A stretch of DNA of 64,000 bases from the human T2T-CHM13v2.0 reference genome, Homo sapiens, in NCBI RefSeq assembly GCF_009914755.1, contig NC_060936.1; one strand, given 5' to 3'. Each line of letters starts with the position of its first letter. Positions within the stretch are counted from its first letter, which is position 1. This document shows, piece after piece, positions 43,497-57,736 of this stretch. The notes under the pieces were generated by a model. It had not been told where the DNA came from. It was given only the letters and a program-made list of their open reading frames with translations, and searched no databases. A program made the position numbers and the translations under genes.

Positions 43497-45049
43497 AAAG
43501 TTAATTTTTTAATATGAAATATATAGAGAATAAAAGTACCAGTGAAAACAGATTATTGTTAACATACTGTTATGCATTTTAGTCTTTTTATGGTTTTATT
43601 TATGTTGAGTCAGTGAGACAATTCGCATGATTCAGATTATAAAAAGTATGAAAGGACTTAGAGTGAAATTCTCCCCCTTCACTGCTGCTGCCCCAACATC
43701 CAGCTCTCTGCCCCCAGAGCCTACCATGTTTCAAATATTTTTAAAATGAAAGAAATTAAACACTGTAGATACAGTTAATGTCTCCTTTTCCTCATTCTTT
43801 TTCCATGCTCCCTAGAGGCAGCCATTATCATAAATTTGATGAATCTTTCCAATGTCTTTTTATAGTTTTTGCATACATATGCATGTACTTGTGAACAGTA
43901 GAGAGTATTGCACTGTGTGCTCTTTTTTTTTGTAATTTACATCAATGGTATCATACGTTTTAGCACTACCCTATGCTGCCAGCTCATTCTTTTTAACTGC
44001 TGTATGATATTCTGTTGTATGACTATATTATATTTTATTCATCCATTTTCCTATTGATAGGAAGTTCTTTCCTATTTTCCAATAGTATAAACAATGCTAC
44101 CACTTTGCTGTTTTCTAAATTAGAATAACTGTTAGGTCCATTTCTCCTCAGATGAATTGATAAATCCCAAATAACCTAATCAAAGCTTAATAGGATATTT
44201 TATAAAAATTGATAAGCTAATTCTGAAGTTCATCTGGAGGCAAAAACAAACAAAATTGGCAAATATTTCTTGGGAAAAAAAAGTGGGGAAATTTGCCCTG
44301 TAGTTTTATAATCTGCTTTTTTTCACTTCGTGTATTATTCACAGGAGAGGAGCAGTTGGAGCTTCTAAGGAGGAGGAGCGGCTCTTTTCCCCTGGAGGTT
44401 GTTTTGTCTAAACACGATGCTAGAAATGCAGCAGCCATCTTGCTACCAGCCTGACGATAATGCCAACATATCAAGGTCCAAACAAGAAGCACCAAGAAAC
44501 TGAGATGGACTTTGAAATTCCATATCTGGAACGAGTTCTACTTCTGTATTTGTTGTTTAGGTAATAAATGTTGTTATCACCTAATTACCTAATTTAAAGG
44601 GATAAGGAGGAAGGAAGGATTATCTTATTTAAAGCAAAAAGCATGCTGACTGATATGTTTTATAATAATGTCGGATTTCATCAATCCTGGACTGTTGGAT
44701 TTTTAAGCAATTTCCAATTTTCTTTTATTTCCTTCAAACAAAATGCTCCATGGAATATCCTTGTTACTCAGTCTCTGTGCAAATCTATGATTATTTTAAT
44801 AGTATAGATTCCTAAATAATTCCTACTTAAGTGGAATTACTCAACTCAGAATATGGGGAAAAAACAGATTTGTCTCATAAAATACAACATAACAAATTCT
44901 AATTCAGTAGAGGAAAATATGGAAATTCTAAATAATCTCTGAGTTCTAACCCCAGGCTCATTGTATCCTGTTTTACCATCTTGGGAAGGTCAGAACGTCT
45001 TTTTGCCCTTTCAGATCTCAAGGCCTCTATTATATTTGCTGCCTGTAGA

Positions 45050-45290
45050 ATAACAGTAACAACAATAGTAATAACAATAGTTAAGATGTTTAAGCATCTT
45101 TTCTGTGCAACGAAGTATTCATACATTATCTCATTTAATCTTTATAACAATCCTTTTGAGGAGATACAGTTACTAGTCCCACTTTACAAATGAGGAAATG
45201 AGACTCAGAATGAGTTAGTGACTCGTCCAGAATCCAGCTGCTACATGAAAGGGCTGAGATTCCAACCTGGGTCTCTTACTGCTCATAATC
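45050..45290 (-). mobile_element. MIR SINE
   Basis: CTCATTTAATCTTTATAACAATCC...TTTACAAATGAGGAAATGAGACTCAGA. Confidence 0.75.
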
Positions 45291-46169
45291 CTGTTTCTCA
45301 AATCTCTCCCAGGGTCTTTGCTGAGAGCTTCACTTCCAGATCTTTCCATCCAGTTTCCTACCTCTGTTATGTGGTCTTTTAGTCGACATTAAAAGAACAT
45401 TCAAAGAAGAAAGAAGGCAAGTCAACAGACATTTTCCCAGCAGGGTAACCTGCTCCGTAAGTTACTCTGCAGATGTGAAGCCTCACCTGAAGTGAAGCCT
45501 TGGTCTTCGTGGATTTGGACAAGAGAAAACATTTTTCAGGAATTTGCTTATGTTATCACTGTCGTGATCCTTCCTTCTCTCTCAGAACTAAGTCAAAATC
45601 CTCAGCAAGTGCTACCAAAGGTCACACACAAAAATCTTCTGTAACAGACACTGTTGTCTTCCTAGCCTCTATTCCTCCCTTCCTCCTTCCGCAGAGCCCC
45701 TTAGCTTAAAAATTCTCCCACTTTTTCTTTCAATGGAGTTGAATTCAATCTCTCTACCCTACTGCAGTGTCTCTTTGGCACTCTCAGCATTTTTCCTAGA
45801 ACTGCTAATACAAAGATAATATCTCACTAGATGTGAACGAGGAAGCGTAGCATCCTGGTGGCCACTAACAGATACCCTGGGATCCAGAGGGAAGCCAGCC
45901 TTAGGATGAAACTGGCATCACAATGCATGGAAGATAGAGAGAAAACATCAACAACAAAAAAAGCCTGATTTATTCACTGATGCACTGGATCAAGTCTTAC
46001 CCCAAACACACTCTCCCTCCCACTTTTCAGATACATGAGCTAATACATTCCCTCTATTGTGTAGGCAAATCTGGTCAGGTTTTTGTTCATTGCAACCAAA
46101 AGTGTCCAAGCTGGTCCTTTTTCTCTCTGGCGCCTCCTAGCACAAAACTTGGATCACAGCCTCCCAATA

Positions 46170-46425
46170 CATGCAATGCTAACATTTATGTAGCACCTAA
46201 CGTATGCCACACACTATCCTAAGCACTTTATTTGTATTTTGGCTCATTTAACCCTGACAACAGCCCTATGAGCTAGTTTTGGAGGGATTTTTAAGCCCAT
46301 TTTTTACATGAGGAAAATAAGGTACCAAAAAAGGTTAAATAACTTTGCCAGAGCTAACAGGTGGTTGAGCCAGGATTTAAACCCAGTCAGATCTTTTTGC
46401 TCCAGAACTCTTGCTCTTAACCAGT
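46170..46425 (-). mobile_element. MIR SINE
   Basis: GCTCATTTAACCCTGACAACAGCCCTATGAG...GAGCCAGGATTTAAACCCAG. Confidence 0.75.
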
Positions 46426-46934
46426 TGGCTAGCAGCTCTCAAGTGCTGTCCCGGGCTCCCCTGCTGTGGGAGTCCAAGAGCATGCATATTGGACTGGGGG
46501 AGTTGGGAGTGGGGTGTGGGTGGGGAAGATGCAAATGTTGATTTTCCACTTATATTTTAGGGAACCCGAAAGTACACAGGTCAGTTTTCATTATCCCAAA
46601 ATCGAAACTGAGACTTTGACTGTGTCGCTCCCCCTACTCACTGATGAAACTTCTTCTGCCAGGTTATTTCTCAGCTGCTGACAGTTGCTGTCTACAGCTG
46701 GGTCAATATTTTCATGTCTACTCATAATCCTGTGTGTCAAGATCCCTGAAAAACAAATGCCAAGATTTTTTCTTCATGTTTTAGCCTCTGCTTTGATTTT
46801 AGACACCAAATCTAAAGTCTACCTCTCAGGTATTATATGTGCAGAATTCAAGAGGTATAAATTCATGTAGGATTTATTCACTTAAACATATGTGAGGTCT
46901 AAACCTTGGTGCCTTTTTTACCTTTGTTCTTTAA

Positions 46935-47060
46935 TTTTTTTTAAGCAATGGGGTCTTGCTATATTGCCTAGGGTGGTCTCAAATTCCTGGGCTCAAGCGA
47001 TCCCTCCACCTTGGCCTCCCAAAGTGCTGGAATTACAGGCATGAGCCACCACACTCAACC
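46935..47060 (-). mobile_element. Alu monomer (FLAM-like)
   Basis: Left-arm only: GGGGTCTTGCTATATTGCC...GGGCTCAAGCGATCC...GAGCCACCACAC. Confidence 0.85.
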
Positions 47061-48263
47061 CTATTGTGTTTTGAAGCAAAGCTGTCTGTGCAGATTCTTC
47101 ATTTTTGCTAAGGTGGCTGCAGAAGCTTCAATCAATGATAGTTGGACTTCAAACTCTGCCTTTATTTTCATGCCAAATTCTCTTAAAATTGTCATTAAAA
47201 AAGAATTAAACGCAGAGTGCTGCAAAAATTCTCCTTGCCCTCAGGAGCTTGTGATGTTTTAGATTAATCATAATCTGTTTACCATAACTGAACAGGTACC
47301 ATTTTCTTTATTACTTCATCTCCCCCCTCTTTGGTTGTTTGTTCACTTGCTATTTAATTTCTATTTATTAGTTCAACCATGAAAAGGGCCTAATAAGCAA
47401 AAGAAGAAAAAAAAAAAAGCAGGCAGTACTTTCAAGTTCAAAAGACTAGCTGATGGGAGATCACAGTTCATCACAACTGCAAGTCTGAGATGGAATGTTT
47501 AAATATGTACATTTCAAAGTGAACCAGAAACCTTTCCCTGAGAGCCAGTCGAGGTGAAAGGAAGTTTTCAATATTCTTGCCCTATGCAAATGATTCTCAG
47601 AGTGGTCTGTGGGATGAATCTAAGTCCTTCCTTGCAACCAGATCTTTGATGGAGATACCTGAGTCGCCCTTCTAACAATTTAGGATTAACCTTGTTTTTC
47701 TGAACAACGTAATTGGGTTCAGATATTATCTCATCTTGTTTCCAAGGCCGCTAGCCAAGAGCAGAACCAAACATGTCATTTCTGGAAGGCAGAAGAAAGG
47801 CACTGACCTGCAAAAATCTATAATTTGGCCACAAGTACGTAGTGTAATCCTTTTTTTGTTTGTTTGTTTAATAATAGATGGCTGTGATGGCTAATTTTAT
47901 GAATCAACTTAATTGAGCTAAGAAATGCCCAGACAGCTGGTAAAACATTATTTCTGGGTGTGTCTGTGAGAGTGTTCCCAGAAGAGATTAACATTTGAAT
48001 CAGTAACTGAGTGAAGAAAGGCTCCCTCACTAATTCAGGTGGGCATTATTCAATCCATTCAGGGCCTGGATAGAACAAAAAAAGCAGAGGAAAGGCGAAC
48101 TTACTCTCCGCTGGAGCCAGGACATCCATCTCCTCCTGTCCTCAGACACTGGTACTCCCTATTGTTAGGCCTTCTGGCTCAGATGGAGATTGTCGCCATT
48201 GGCTCCCCTGGGTCTCTGGCCTTCAGGTTTGGGCTGGATCTCCACCTGGGCTGGCTTTCCTGC

Positions 48264-48617
48264 TATATTAGTATGTTTTCACACTGCTGATAAAGACATA
48301 CCTGAGACTGGGAAGAAAAAGAGGTTTAATTGGACTTACAGTTCCACATGGCAGGGGAGGCCTCAGAATCATGGCAGGAGGCGAAAGGCACTTCTAACAT
48401 GGCGGTGGCAAGAGAAAAATGAGGAAGAAGCAAAAACGGAAACACCTGGTAAACCCATCAGATCTCGTTAGACCTTTCACTATCAAGAGAATAGCACAGG
48501 AAAGACCAGCCCCCATGAATCAATTACCTCCCCCTGTGTCCCTCCCACAGCTTGTGGGAATTCTGGGAGATACAATTCAAGTTAAGATTTGGATGGGGAC
48601 ACAGCCAAACAATATCA
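48264..48617 (-). mobile_element. THE1 solo LTR
   Basis: CTGCTGATAAAGACATACCTGAGACTGGG...CAGCCAAACAATATCA; TSD CCTGC. Confidence 0.92.
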
Positions 48618-48686
48618 CCTGCTGTTGCAGACAACTGATTGTGGAACTTCTCAGCCACCATATCTGCATGTGCCAATCCCTCATAG

Positions 48687-49245
48687 TGAGAGAGGAGAAA
48701 GGAAAAAAACCCATCAGGCAGGCAGGGTGGGTCCTCGGTTGAATCCTTTCAAACCAAAGAACAGCCTGCAGGCACAGATAAGGGAAATTGCACAGAGGGG
48801 CTTGCCGAAGACATGCCCACAGCTGCACAGATAAGAAAGGCTACACAGGTGACTTGCAAAGACATGCCCACAATGGAAAATTTCATCCCCTGACACATTT
48901 GCTGTAAGGGAAACAAAGCAATAGGGAGGAACTCAAGCTAAAGGCCCACATGCACACTAGAAGGATGGGGTGGAGCTACCAGAATGGTACGCCTTATGCA
49001 AATGAGATGCCCAGCCCTCAAAGGTTTCTTATAGAAGCTTTGCATTCAACTGTAAAAATGGCGGCTCTCTTCTGGGTCCCCTCTCCACAGCAAAGAGCGT
49101 TCTTCTTTCGATTATTAAACTTTCACTACAACCTCACCCTTGGTGTCTGTGCTCCTTAACTTCCTTGGTCATGAGACAAAGGACTCCAGGTACTACCTCA
49201 GGCAATGAGACTGCTACATTGTGGTGCATTGGTGAGGCTGTAACA
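48687..49245 (+). mobile_element. MER50 solo LTR
   Basis: TGAGAGAGGAGAAAGG...CTGTAACA; perfect 4-bp TSD ATAG. Confidence 0.88.
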
Positions 49246-49295
49246 ATAGCAAATCTCTTTCTATATATCTATGTATAGCCTATTGGTTCCTCTGC

Positions 49296-49918
49296 AAACT
49301 GTTTTATCAGCAAGGTCTTTAGGACCTGTAACTTGTGTCGACCTTCTATCTCATCCTGTGACTAAGAATGCCTTAACTTAACTGGGAATTCAGCTGAGCA
49401 GGTCTTAGCCTTATTTTACCCAGCCCCTATTCAAGATGGAGTTGCTCTTGTTTAAACACCTCTGACATTTCCCCCCTCCCTTTTATAAGAGAATCCTTAA
49501 TCCTAACGCTTGTAGAGCGATGAAGAACCATCTTCTGCAACTTCTTCAGGCTGAATAAGGGGCGATGATATGCCTGCCTATTAGGTCTCTTGCATTCAGG
49601 GTAGAGCGGAGCTCAGTCAGAAAGTGTTGGTATGGCAAGGGCCATTAATAACTCTGAGTTCTGACAAAAGGTGATATCCAAAGTCAGCCAATCAGTGATG
49701 CAGTTATTTCCTTTGGGTCGGGGGTTTCCTCAGTTGTCCTCCTTTTCATGGTTTGCCAGAAAGATGTTACTGGAAAGCGGTCCCGATCCAGACCCCAAGA
49801 GAGAGTTTTTAGATCTTGCACAAGCAATAATTCGAGGCAAGTCCATAGAATAAAGTGAAAGCAGTTTATTAAGAAAGTAAAGGAATAAAAGAATGGTTAC
49901 TCCACAGGCAGTGCAGCC
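49296..49918 (-). mobile_element. MER51-like ERV1 remnant: partial LTR, PBS, about 300 bp internal, PPT, partial LTR
   Basis: LTR end TGTTACTGGAAAG (49765) and LTR start CCTCTGACA (49467); reverse-strand PPT AAAAGGGAGGGGGGAAA; PBS-like TGGCAAACCATGAA. Confidence 0.75.
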
Positions 49919-50018
49919 TAAATGCTAAGTTCTAAACAAGATATTTTCACCCTCATTATCTCATTTGAAATAGAACTTGAAAAACGAAAGCTTCTGAATT
50001 GGTAGTCATCCCATTTTA

Positions 50019-50512
<494 letters not shown>

Positions 50513-50866
50513 TCAGCGTGGACGTTATCTTCTCCCATCCTCAGACAGCCACAGAAGGTAGACATACTTGCAGAATTTGAATTACCTGTATCTAAAGTTC
50601 CAGCACTACATATATTAATGCAGTACCTAATAAAAATAGGACTATAGCTAGTGTTACAGAAAGACAGTTGATCATGACCCCATGCTTTAAATATAATTAT
50701 TAAAAATGTATAGGCTGAAGTCTGACCAGTCTGCACATGGTACAGCAGCCTTGGATATGTGCAACACAGGCCAGCATGGGGCCCGAAAACTGAAAACACA
50801 GAACCAAGATGCCAACAGAAGGAAAGGATCCAAACAGGGCCAGGATGTTTCCCTTAGGTAGATATG

Positions 50867-50913
50867 TTATATTATATTATATTATATTATATTATATTAT
50901 ATTATATTATATT
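50867..50913 (+). repeat. (TTATA)n pentanucleotide repeat, about 9 units
   Basis: Read directly from the sequence. Confidence 0.95.
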
Positions 50914-51067
50914 AATATCTTAGTCTAGCAGATTGGCAGGAAATATTAGCTTTAGACTCTGGTGCTACGCTTTGATCAGTATAATTTGTTTGCGGCTTAA
51001 TGTTATGTAAATGATGCCATTCTTTCCTTGGTGTAGATGCAGCCATTCTCAAATAAACACTGATGAT

Positions 51068-51165
51068 CTTTTATTTTATTTTTTATAATTTCAAATTTTA
51101 TTTTTGATTCACGGGGTCCATGTGCAGGTTTGTTACACGGGTATATCATGTGACACGGAGGTCTG
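51068..51165 (-). mobile_element. Very short L1 3'-end insertion
   Basis: T-rich tail followed by CATGTGCAGGTTTGTTACACGGGTATATC; flanks TGATGATCT / TGGTGATCT. Confidence 0.75.
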
Positions 51166-53084
51166 GTGATCTCCTAGAATTCCACATTAAAAGAATTCAA
51201 ATAAGAAGATATAATAAGAAGAATTCAAAGAGTTCAAATACTCCAAATAAGAGAGGAATTCCATAAACAAGGCTGCCATTTCTACTGCTGTTGCTAAGAC
51301 TGGTCAGATCCAATTTACAATTGCGCTGAAAAATTTTGATGCCTAGAGGAGAGAGATCATGTAAACAGCATGAACTCTTCCTGACCAAGTTTCATTTCTG
51401 TTTGACCTTCTGAACAAGTTCTATTACATATAAAATAAGCAGTATTTTTAAACCTACAGTGCTAAAAGTAAGATTTCAGGAAACTATCACTAACTTACTA
51501 AGTGATATGCTTGAAAGTCTAATGTTTCCATAGATAAATCAGAGATTTAAATGTGTGCTTTCTATTATTCTTCCAAAGCTTTCTAAATGCTGGAAGGAAA
51601 GATACAGGAATGTATAGATGTCCGGGACCATTTTGTACCATGAATGATTGATGGCCAAAGAAGATTCCAGATTTTTCTTAAACATACTTCATCTTAGAAA
51701 AGTTTCCACAGTTTGTATGTATATATTCCTGGTTTTCCTTTCTAAAAAATATGTCCTTTCCAAGGCCAACTCCAGGTATATTAGTCCCACATCTCTCACT
51801 GATTTCTTTAACACATTCTCATGAGTTCCTTGCACACCTTCAGAGTATAAGCCTTGGAGAAAGAGGCTTTGTTTTGTTTTATGCAAAACCTTTGACTCCT
51901 GTAATGTGGAGTTTACACCTTTAGTGTCAGATAAATGACAAATAATCATTGTTAGAGGCAATAACACATTCAGATGTGAAGTTTTACAACAATCTCTGTT
52001 TTCCTTGAGCTGCTAAAATCATTAGATTTATGACATTCATGGATTAGTGGAACTGTATGCCTCTGCTCTGTTTACTTAATTTTTGAATGGACTGGAACGT
52101 GCTTTTAATGTGGAAATCGTATTACAGTGTTCAAATAATCTTGTACTCTGAACAAGATTATTAGCTGTAGAAACCAAATGGGATTTTATCCATTGTCATC
52201 ATCCTCTATTTCCTTGACATGCTCATCCCATCTATTGACAAACCAAATTTGATGTCAGAATCCGCTCCAAAATCCTAACAACATGATTTGTAATTACAGA
52301 GCTAACACCTATGAATAATAAAATTGCAAACAAGCAGAGCACCATCAAAAACTCAAGATGATAATTTTTTAATGATAATATTACTTCCTGTGTGTGATAG
52401 TATACAAAGCACGGAGCATTGTCTTTCTCAAGACAGAATTCTAGTGAATTTCTGAGCCTGAGCACCATAAGGACAGAGGCAATACGTTTCCCATCAATCT
52501 CATAGTAACGCATGTCTTCAAAAGCAGCAAGTCAGTTAAGAGAAAAATATTCTTCCCTCATTCCTCATCTTCCCTCAAACACTAAAGTTAATTACATGAA
52601 GAATGCATGAGGAATTAAATGCCCTTAGCCTCCAGCACGATAGCACTGTTCAGAACTCCAATTCTAGTCCTGTCATTGATCTTCTGGATTTACTTACATG
52701 CCCTTTAAAATTTATCTCAATTTCAGTTTGTCCTAGAACCACGAAATGTTAGAGACCACCTAGTAGTCTAACACCTTCATTTTTAGGTGAAGAAACCAAG
52801 GCCTCCTTAGCTTAAAGGACCAGGCCAGAGTCATCCTCCTTGATTCTATATAGCTTATTCCAAGTTCAGACCCATCCAATGCTACATGGCAGGTCTCCAA
52901 ACTCTTCTTAGACTTGTTCCCAAACTGCTTGCCTTGACACTATTTGAGTGCCACAATCCAACTCTCTTTCAACCCATTGCCCTGTCCTCTTATCTCCCTA
53001 CCTTCAACTCTAACAGCAGGTCTGTTTTCCTTTAAGTTACTCTGCTAAATTGCAAATATGCTGGGAGGTGAAAGTGCCTTATTA

Positions 53085-53340
53085 TCCAACAATATCTACC
53101 ATTTATTGAATACTACTTATGCCCCAGACACTATATCAGTCATATCACAAACACTCTTCCACTTAATCCTCACAACACTCTGAGACTGGTGTCATTATAC
53201 AGATTGGAAAACCAAGGTCCAGAGAACATAATTAACTTGCCTAAGGTTGCACAACCTTCAGCAACCAGAATTTGTAAGTGGTAACAACCAGAATTTGAAC
53301 CTACCTCTGTCTGGTGCTCTTAACCACTATGCTTACTGCC
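53085..53340 (-). mobile_element. MIR SINE (followed by an L2 tail)
   Basis: ATTTATTGAATACTACT...TTAATCCTCACAAC...AACTTGCCTAAGGTTGCACA. Confidence 0.75.
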
Positions 53341-53975
53341 TGTTATTTCCTACTAAAGAATTTGGCCATTCATTCATTCAAAACACACATGTCAACCATC
53401 AAATATATGCCAGGTGTAGTCCTGGAAGAACAGGGAGTACAGAGATGAAAGAACCAGGGGCAGCAGTAAAGGGCAGACACTTGAGACCCAAACGATTATT
53501 CCCCAGAGCAGTGATGAGGGTGGATGAGCCTCGTCACACCACGGGGCTTACCAAAGGCAGAGCCTAGGATTATTTCAGGCAATGCTAAATTAGGCCTGGT
53601 CCGAAGAGAACATTCTTCTAAGCCTCCGTATACTCAGGAGGCTCTACAAATTCCAAACTTTTTTACTAAATTTCCTTCCAGCCCTATTTGATATTCCCCT
53701 GCAGGCTCGTTTTGCCTGAGTCTATAAGTGTAAGGAAACATGTTTTTTTCCCCTGCATACCCAGACAGGATGTTCAGTCATTCACTCCTCTGTTTTTATT
53801 TGTTATGCACTCACATGCTGTGGGTGTTTTATAAGTTGCTAATGTTTGCAGAATTTGATTATCAGGCTGCTTCTCCGCCCCTTTACTCGTTCCCCAACTG
53901 CCAATGGAGTGACGGTTCTTCCTCCTGTATTTGAACATTGGGTTCAGGCTTTCCTTTTTAAAAGTACTTCTGCTG

Positions 53976-54264
<289 letters not shown>

Positions 54265-55554
54265 TTATCTATAGGTTTGGGCTCTGCCTTTTTTTAAAAA
54301 AAGTTTCTTCCTTCAACAAAGCTTTCGAAGATAGGGTTCAGGGCTTATCACACTGTGCTCTGGTCATTCGGAACTTGCATCTCAAATGTATTTCACTTAC
54401 TGCATGTTTTTTTCTGCTTCCTCTTCCACGACTCAGATTTGTGAAGTGTTTTGTAACTGTCTATGCAAGACGGGGTTGGGGAGGTAAATCGCCTGTGTTT
54501 CTGATTTCTCATTTGAGTCTCCGTGTTTGTCTTAAATGGTTTCGTTGAGCTTGGGAAAAACAGCAATCAAAGCCACAAAGTGTCCATGAGACATAAGCAA
54601 AGCCAAACAGTTAAACCCTACAAAGATGAATTATGAAAAAAGAACTATGATTTACTCATAGCAAGAAATTAAAAAGTCAAATAGAAAAGGGACAGTGAAG
54701 TGCGAGAAGGAAATGCTGACAGCTAAATTACCCTTCAAGTAAAGGAAGATAATTCTCCTGCCTAGATGAGGGGGCATTCATGCCAGAGCTCAAATTTAAA
54801 TTCCAACAGCCCTGTATGGACCTTCAGACCATTATTCGCTTTCTTGTATTCAGTTATCAGCTCTTTCTTCATTGCTTAAATGTTTGGATACATCCAGCCA
54901 GAGGCTTTTTGGTTGATGAGCACATTTCCACAAAGCAGAAAAAATAAACATAATATGGTTGCTGCCTACTTCAAGAACCCCATATGGCCACTTTTAGACA
55001 GGGGTGTCCACCTCTGGAGACCAGCTTCCCATATGAAAGGGTGTTTGTCTCATTCTGAGACCAGCTTTATAAATCAATTACAAAATTCAAATCTCATTCT
55101 GTCACTTCAGCCACGTAAGAAAGGAAGGGGAGACAATTTTAATGACTCTGGAAATTTCCATATGCGTAAAAGCTGTAACTAGCAAATATTCATTTTCTTT
55201 CTTGGCAGATGACTCTGGTAATTAAGGTAAACTACTAATAACCCTTTCCAGAGTGTAGGATAGATTGTTCCCAAACATATTGAGAATAATCATATTGAGC
55301 AGCTTGAAGCCCAGACAGATCCTTAGAGACAGCCCTGCCAAGAACAGAATCTCCCACAAGGAAAAAAAAAAAAAAAAAAAAAAAACCTGGAGAAATCAAA
55401 ACCCCTGAGTCTGTACTGAGGTTTTAATCTGCCTGACTTCTTCTATGCTGCACGCTTTTATGATCATTTGCTGCATGTCAATTCTTCTCAAAAGTTGATG
55501 TACATATTATCCTTTCTTAATGCAGGCATTTTAGTGGCTGTGTTTGCCAGTCTT

Positions 55555-55778
55555 GAGCTGTGGTTGGCAATTTTGGGCTGTAAAGGGTCAGATAATCAAT
55601 ATTTTCAGCTTTGCCGGCCATATAGTCTTTTCAGCAACTGTCAACTTGGCCATTGTGGGGAGAAGCAGCCACAGACAATAGTAAATAAATGAGCGTGGCT
55701 GTATTCTAATAAAACTTTATAAACACAGATGGTGGGCCATATTTGGCACAGGGGCTGCAGCTTCCTGATCCCTGCTCT
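55555..55778. mobile_element. MER58A-like hAT MITE
   Basis: TGTAAAGGGTCAGATAATCAATATTTT...GCAGCCACAGACAATA...AATAAAACTTTAT...GGGCCATATTTGGC. Confidence 0.8.
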
Positions 55779-57317
55779 TGAGGATAAGGTAACAGAGAGT
55801 GTGACACAGAGTAAGCCAGTGGCTTTCCCTCCCCAGGGTCCAAACTTCCTGGCACCTGACACAAGCTATATCACCCAGAGAAGATGAGCTCAGCCTATAG
55901 GGAAAAACAACCCATTTTGAAAGTCTAGACTTCCCGAGCCCTCTAACAACTATGACACATCACAGCATTATTTAGTCTCTCGCTCATTTACAATGAGTCA
56001 CTGCTTGATTTGCAAGACTCCCCACTTCACTGATAATATTGAAAGCCCACTAATATTAGTCACAGCAAGAAGCTGCCCCTAAAACTGGGAGAGGAAATTA
56101 CTTTGCAGTTTTAATTTCAGACTTTGAACTAAAATGACTATATATCAAATGGTTTTTAATGCTGTCTTTGGTACTAACACAAACAAGAATGATCACTTTC
56201 AATTCATGTTGTTCTCCACAGCAGAACACTGTCTGAAGTCTTGAATTAAGAGATTTGCCCAGATATGCTGTGCAATGTAGAAGACAGGGCAGGGACTTTC
56301 GACTCAGACACACTTGGGTTCTGATGCCTGCTGGGCCGTTTACTACCCATGGAACCTGGACGAGTCTTTCAACATCTCTGAGTTTGTTTCCCTGTTGGCA
56401 GAATAATGCAATAAGCCCTGCCCTGACTGTCTCTCTACTTCACAGGGTTGTTGGCCATGAATTAGGGGGTTGAGAGCAGAAGGCTATGTAATGAGATCAC
56501 AGTTAAGGAATCACTTTGTCCATTGTACAGTGCTCCTCACATAGGAAAGAATTATAATTTTTAAGACTGGAACTGGCCACTAGACACAAGAGCACTGATT
56601 AATCACTGTCCCCTACTTACACTGCATCCATTTGTGCCTCTGATGTGATCCTCAAAGTAGATTTACCTGTCTAAAATCTGTCTGATCTCATGGATTAAGT
56701 TCCTTGAGGAGCATCCTGATGACCACATATTGAGACTGAGATATATTGGAGCTCAGTCCTCCTACACCATTTCCTATCTTCAGAACTTAGAGCAGAAATG
56801 ACTGAATAAATCTAGAGATAGAAAGACAGGCAGGCAGATGGTACAGGCTCAAGAAGGAAGATACTTTCCCCCCATTCTGAACTCCCTCCTGTCTATTTCC
56901 CCTGGAAATACGCAGGAAGATGGTGCACCCCATCGTTCTCTTGGGGGCTGACTTTCCCTGAGAGTGACCATTTTTCCCCTAGGAAAATTTTTCTCCTCAA
57001 GATGTCTCATGTCTTGATTTTTCCATTTCTCCTGATTATATCAGTGCTCAAAAAAACTTTTAATTTATTTTCTGCCATGGTGTTGTGCCTTCACAGTGGT
57101 GAGAGGCAATGGGTCAGTCTGAGATAGGCCCAGGGATAAAATAGCATTTATCAAAAATTTGCTTTAGAAGAGAGAATGCAATTTAAATGGGATGAGAAGC
57201 AAGGATGCCCATTTTGTTTCTGGTTGATAAAACTAAATATTGTCAAAGTATCCATTTCCAACCTAATTAGTTTCATTTCTATTTTTTACATAATTCTCAA
57301 TCAAAATTCCAATTTGA

Positions 57318-57635
<318 letters not shown>

Positions 57636-57736
57636 AGTCCTCTTGGACTTCCAGCCTTCAGAACAGTGAGAAATAAACTTCTGTAAGCCACTCAGTCTCT
57701 GATACTTTGTTATAGTCCCACAAACAGACTAAGAGA
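57636..57736 (+). mobile_element. MLT1 LTR 3' tail
   Basis: TTGGACTTCCAGCCTTCAGAACAGTGAGAAATAAAC...ACAGACTAAGAGA. Confidence 0.75.

Larger units (their letters stand above)
47883..49295 (+). mobile_element. MLT2 LTR interrupted by THE1 and MER50; 3' end truncated
   Basis: TGTGATGGCTAATTTTATG...CAGCTGGTAAAACATTATTTCTGGGTG...CCTATTGGTTC. Confidence 0.85.

Noticed and set aside
45848-45866. CTCF-like TGGCCACCAGG on the minus strand
   Set aside because: The 3' half departs from consensus (ATGC instead of GGGC); the sequence alone is insufficient.
55362-55385. Solitary A24 tract as an ultra-truncated retro-insertion
   Set aside because: No TSD or element body is visible.
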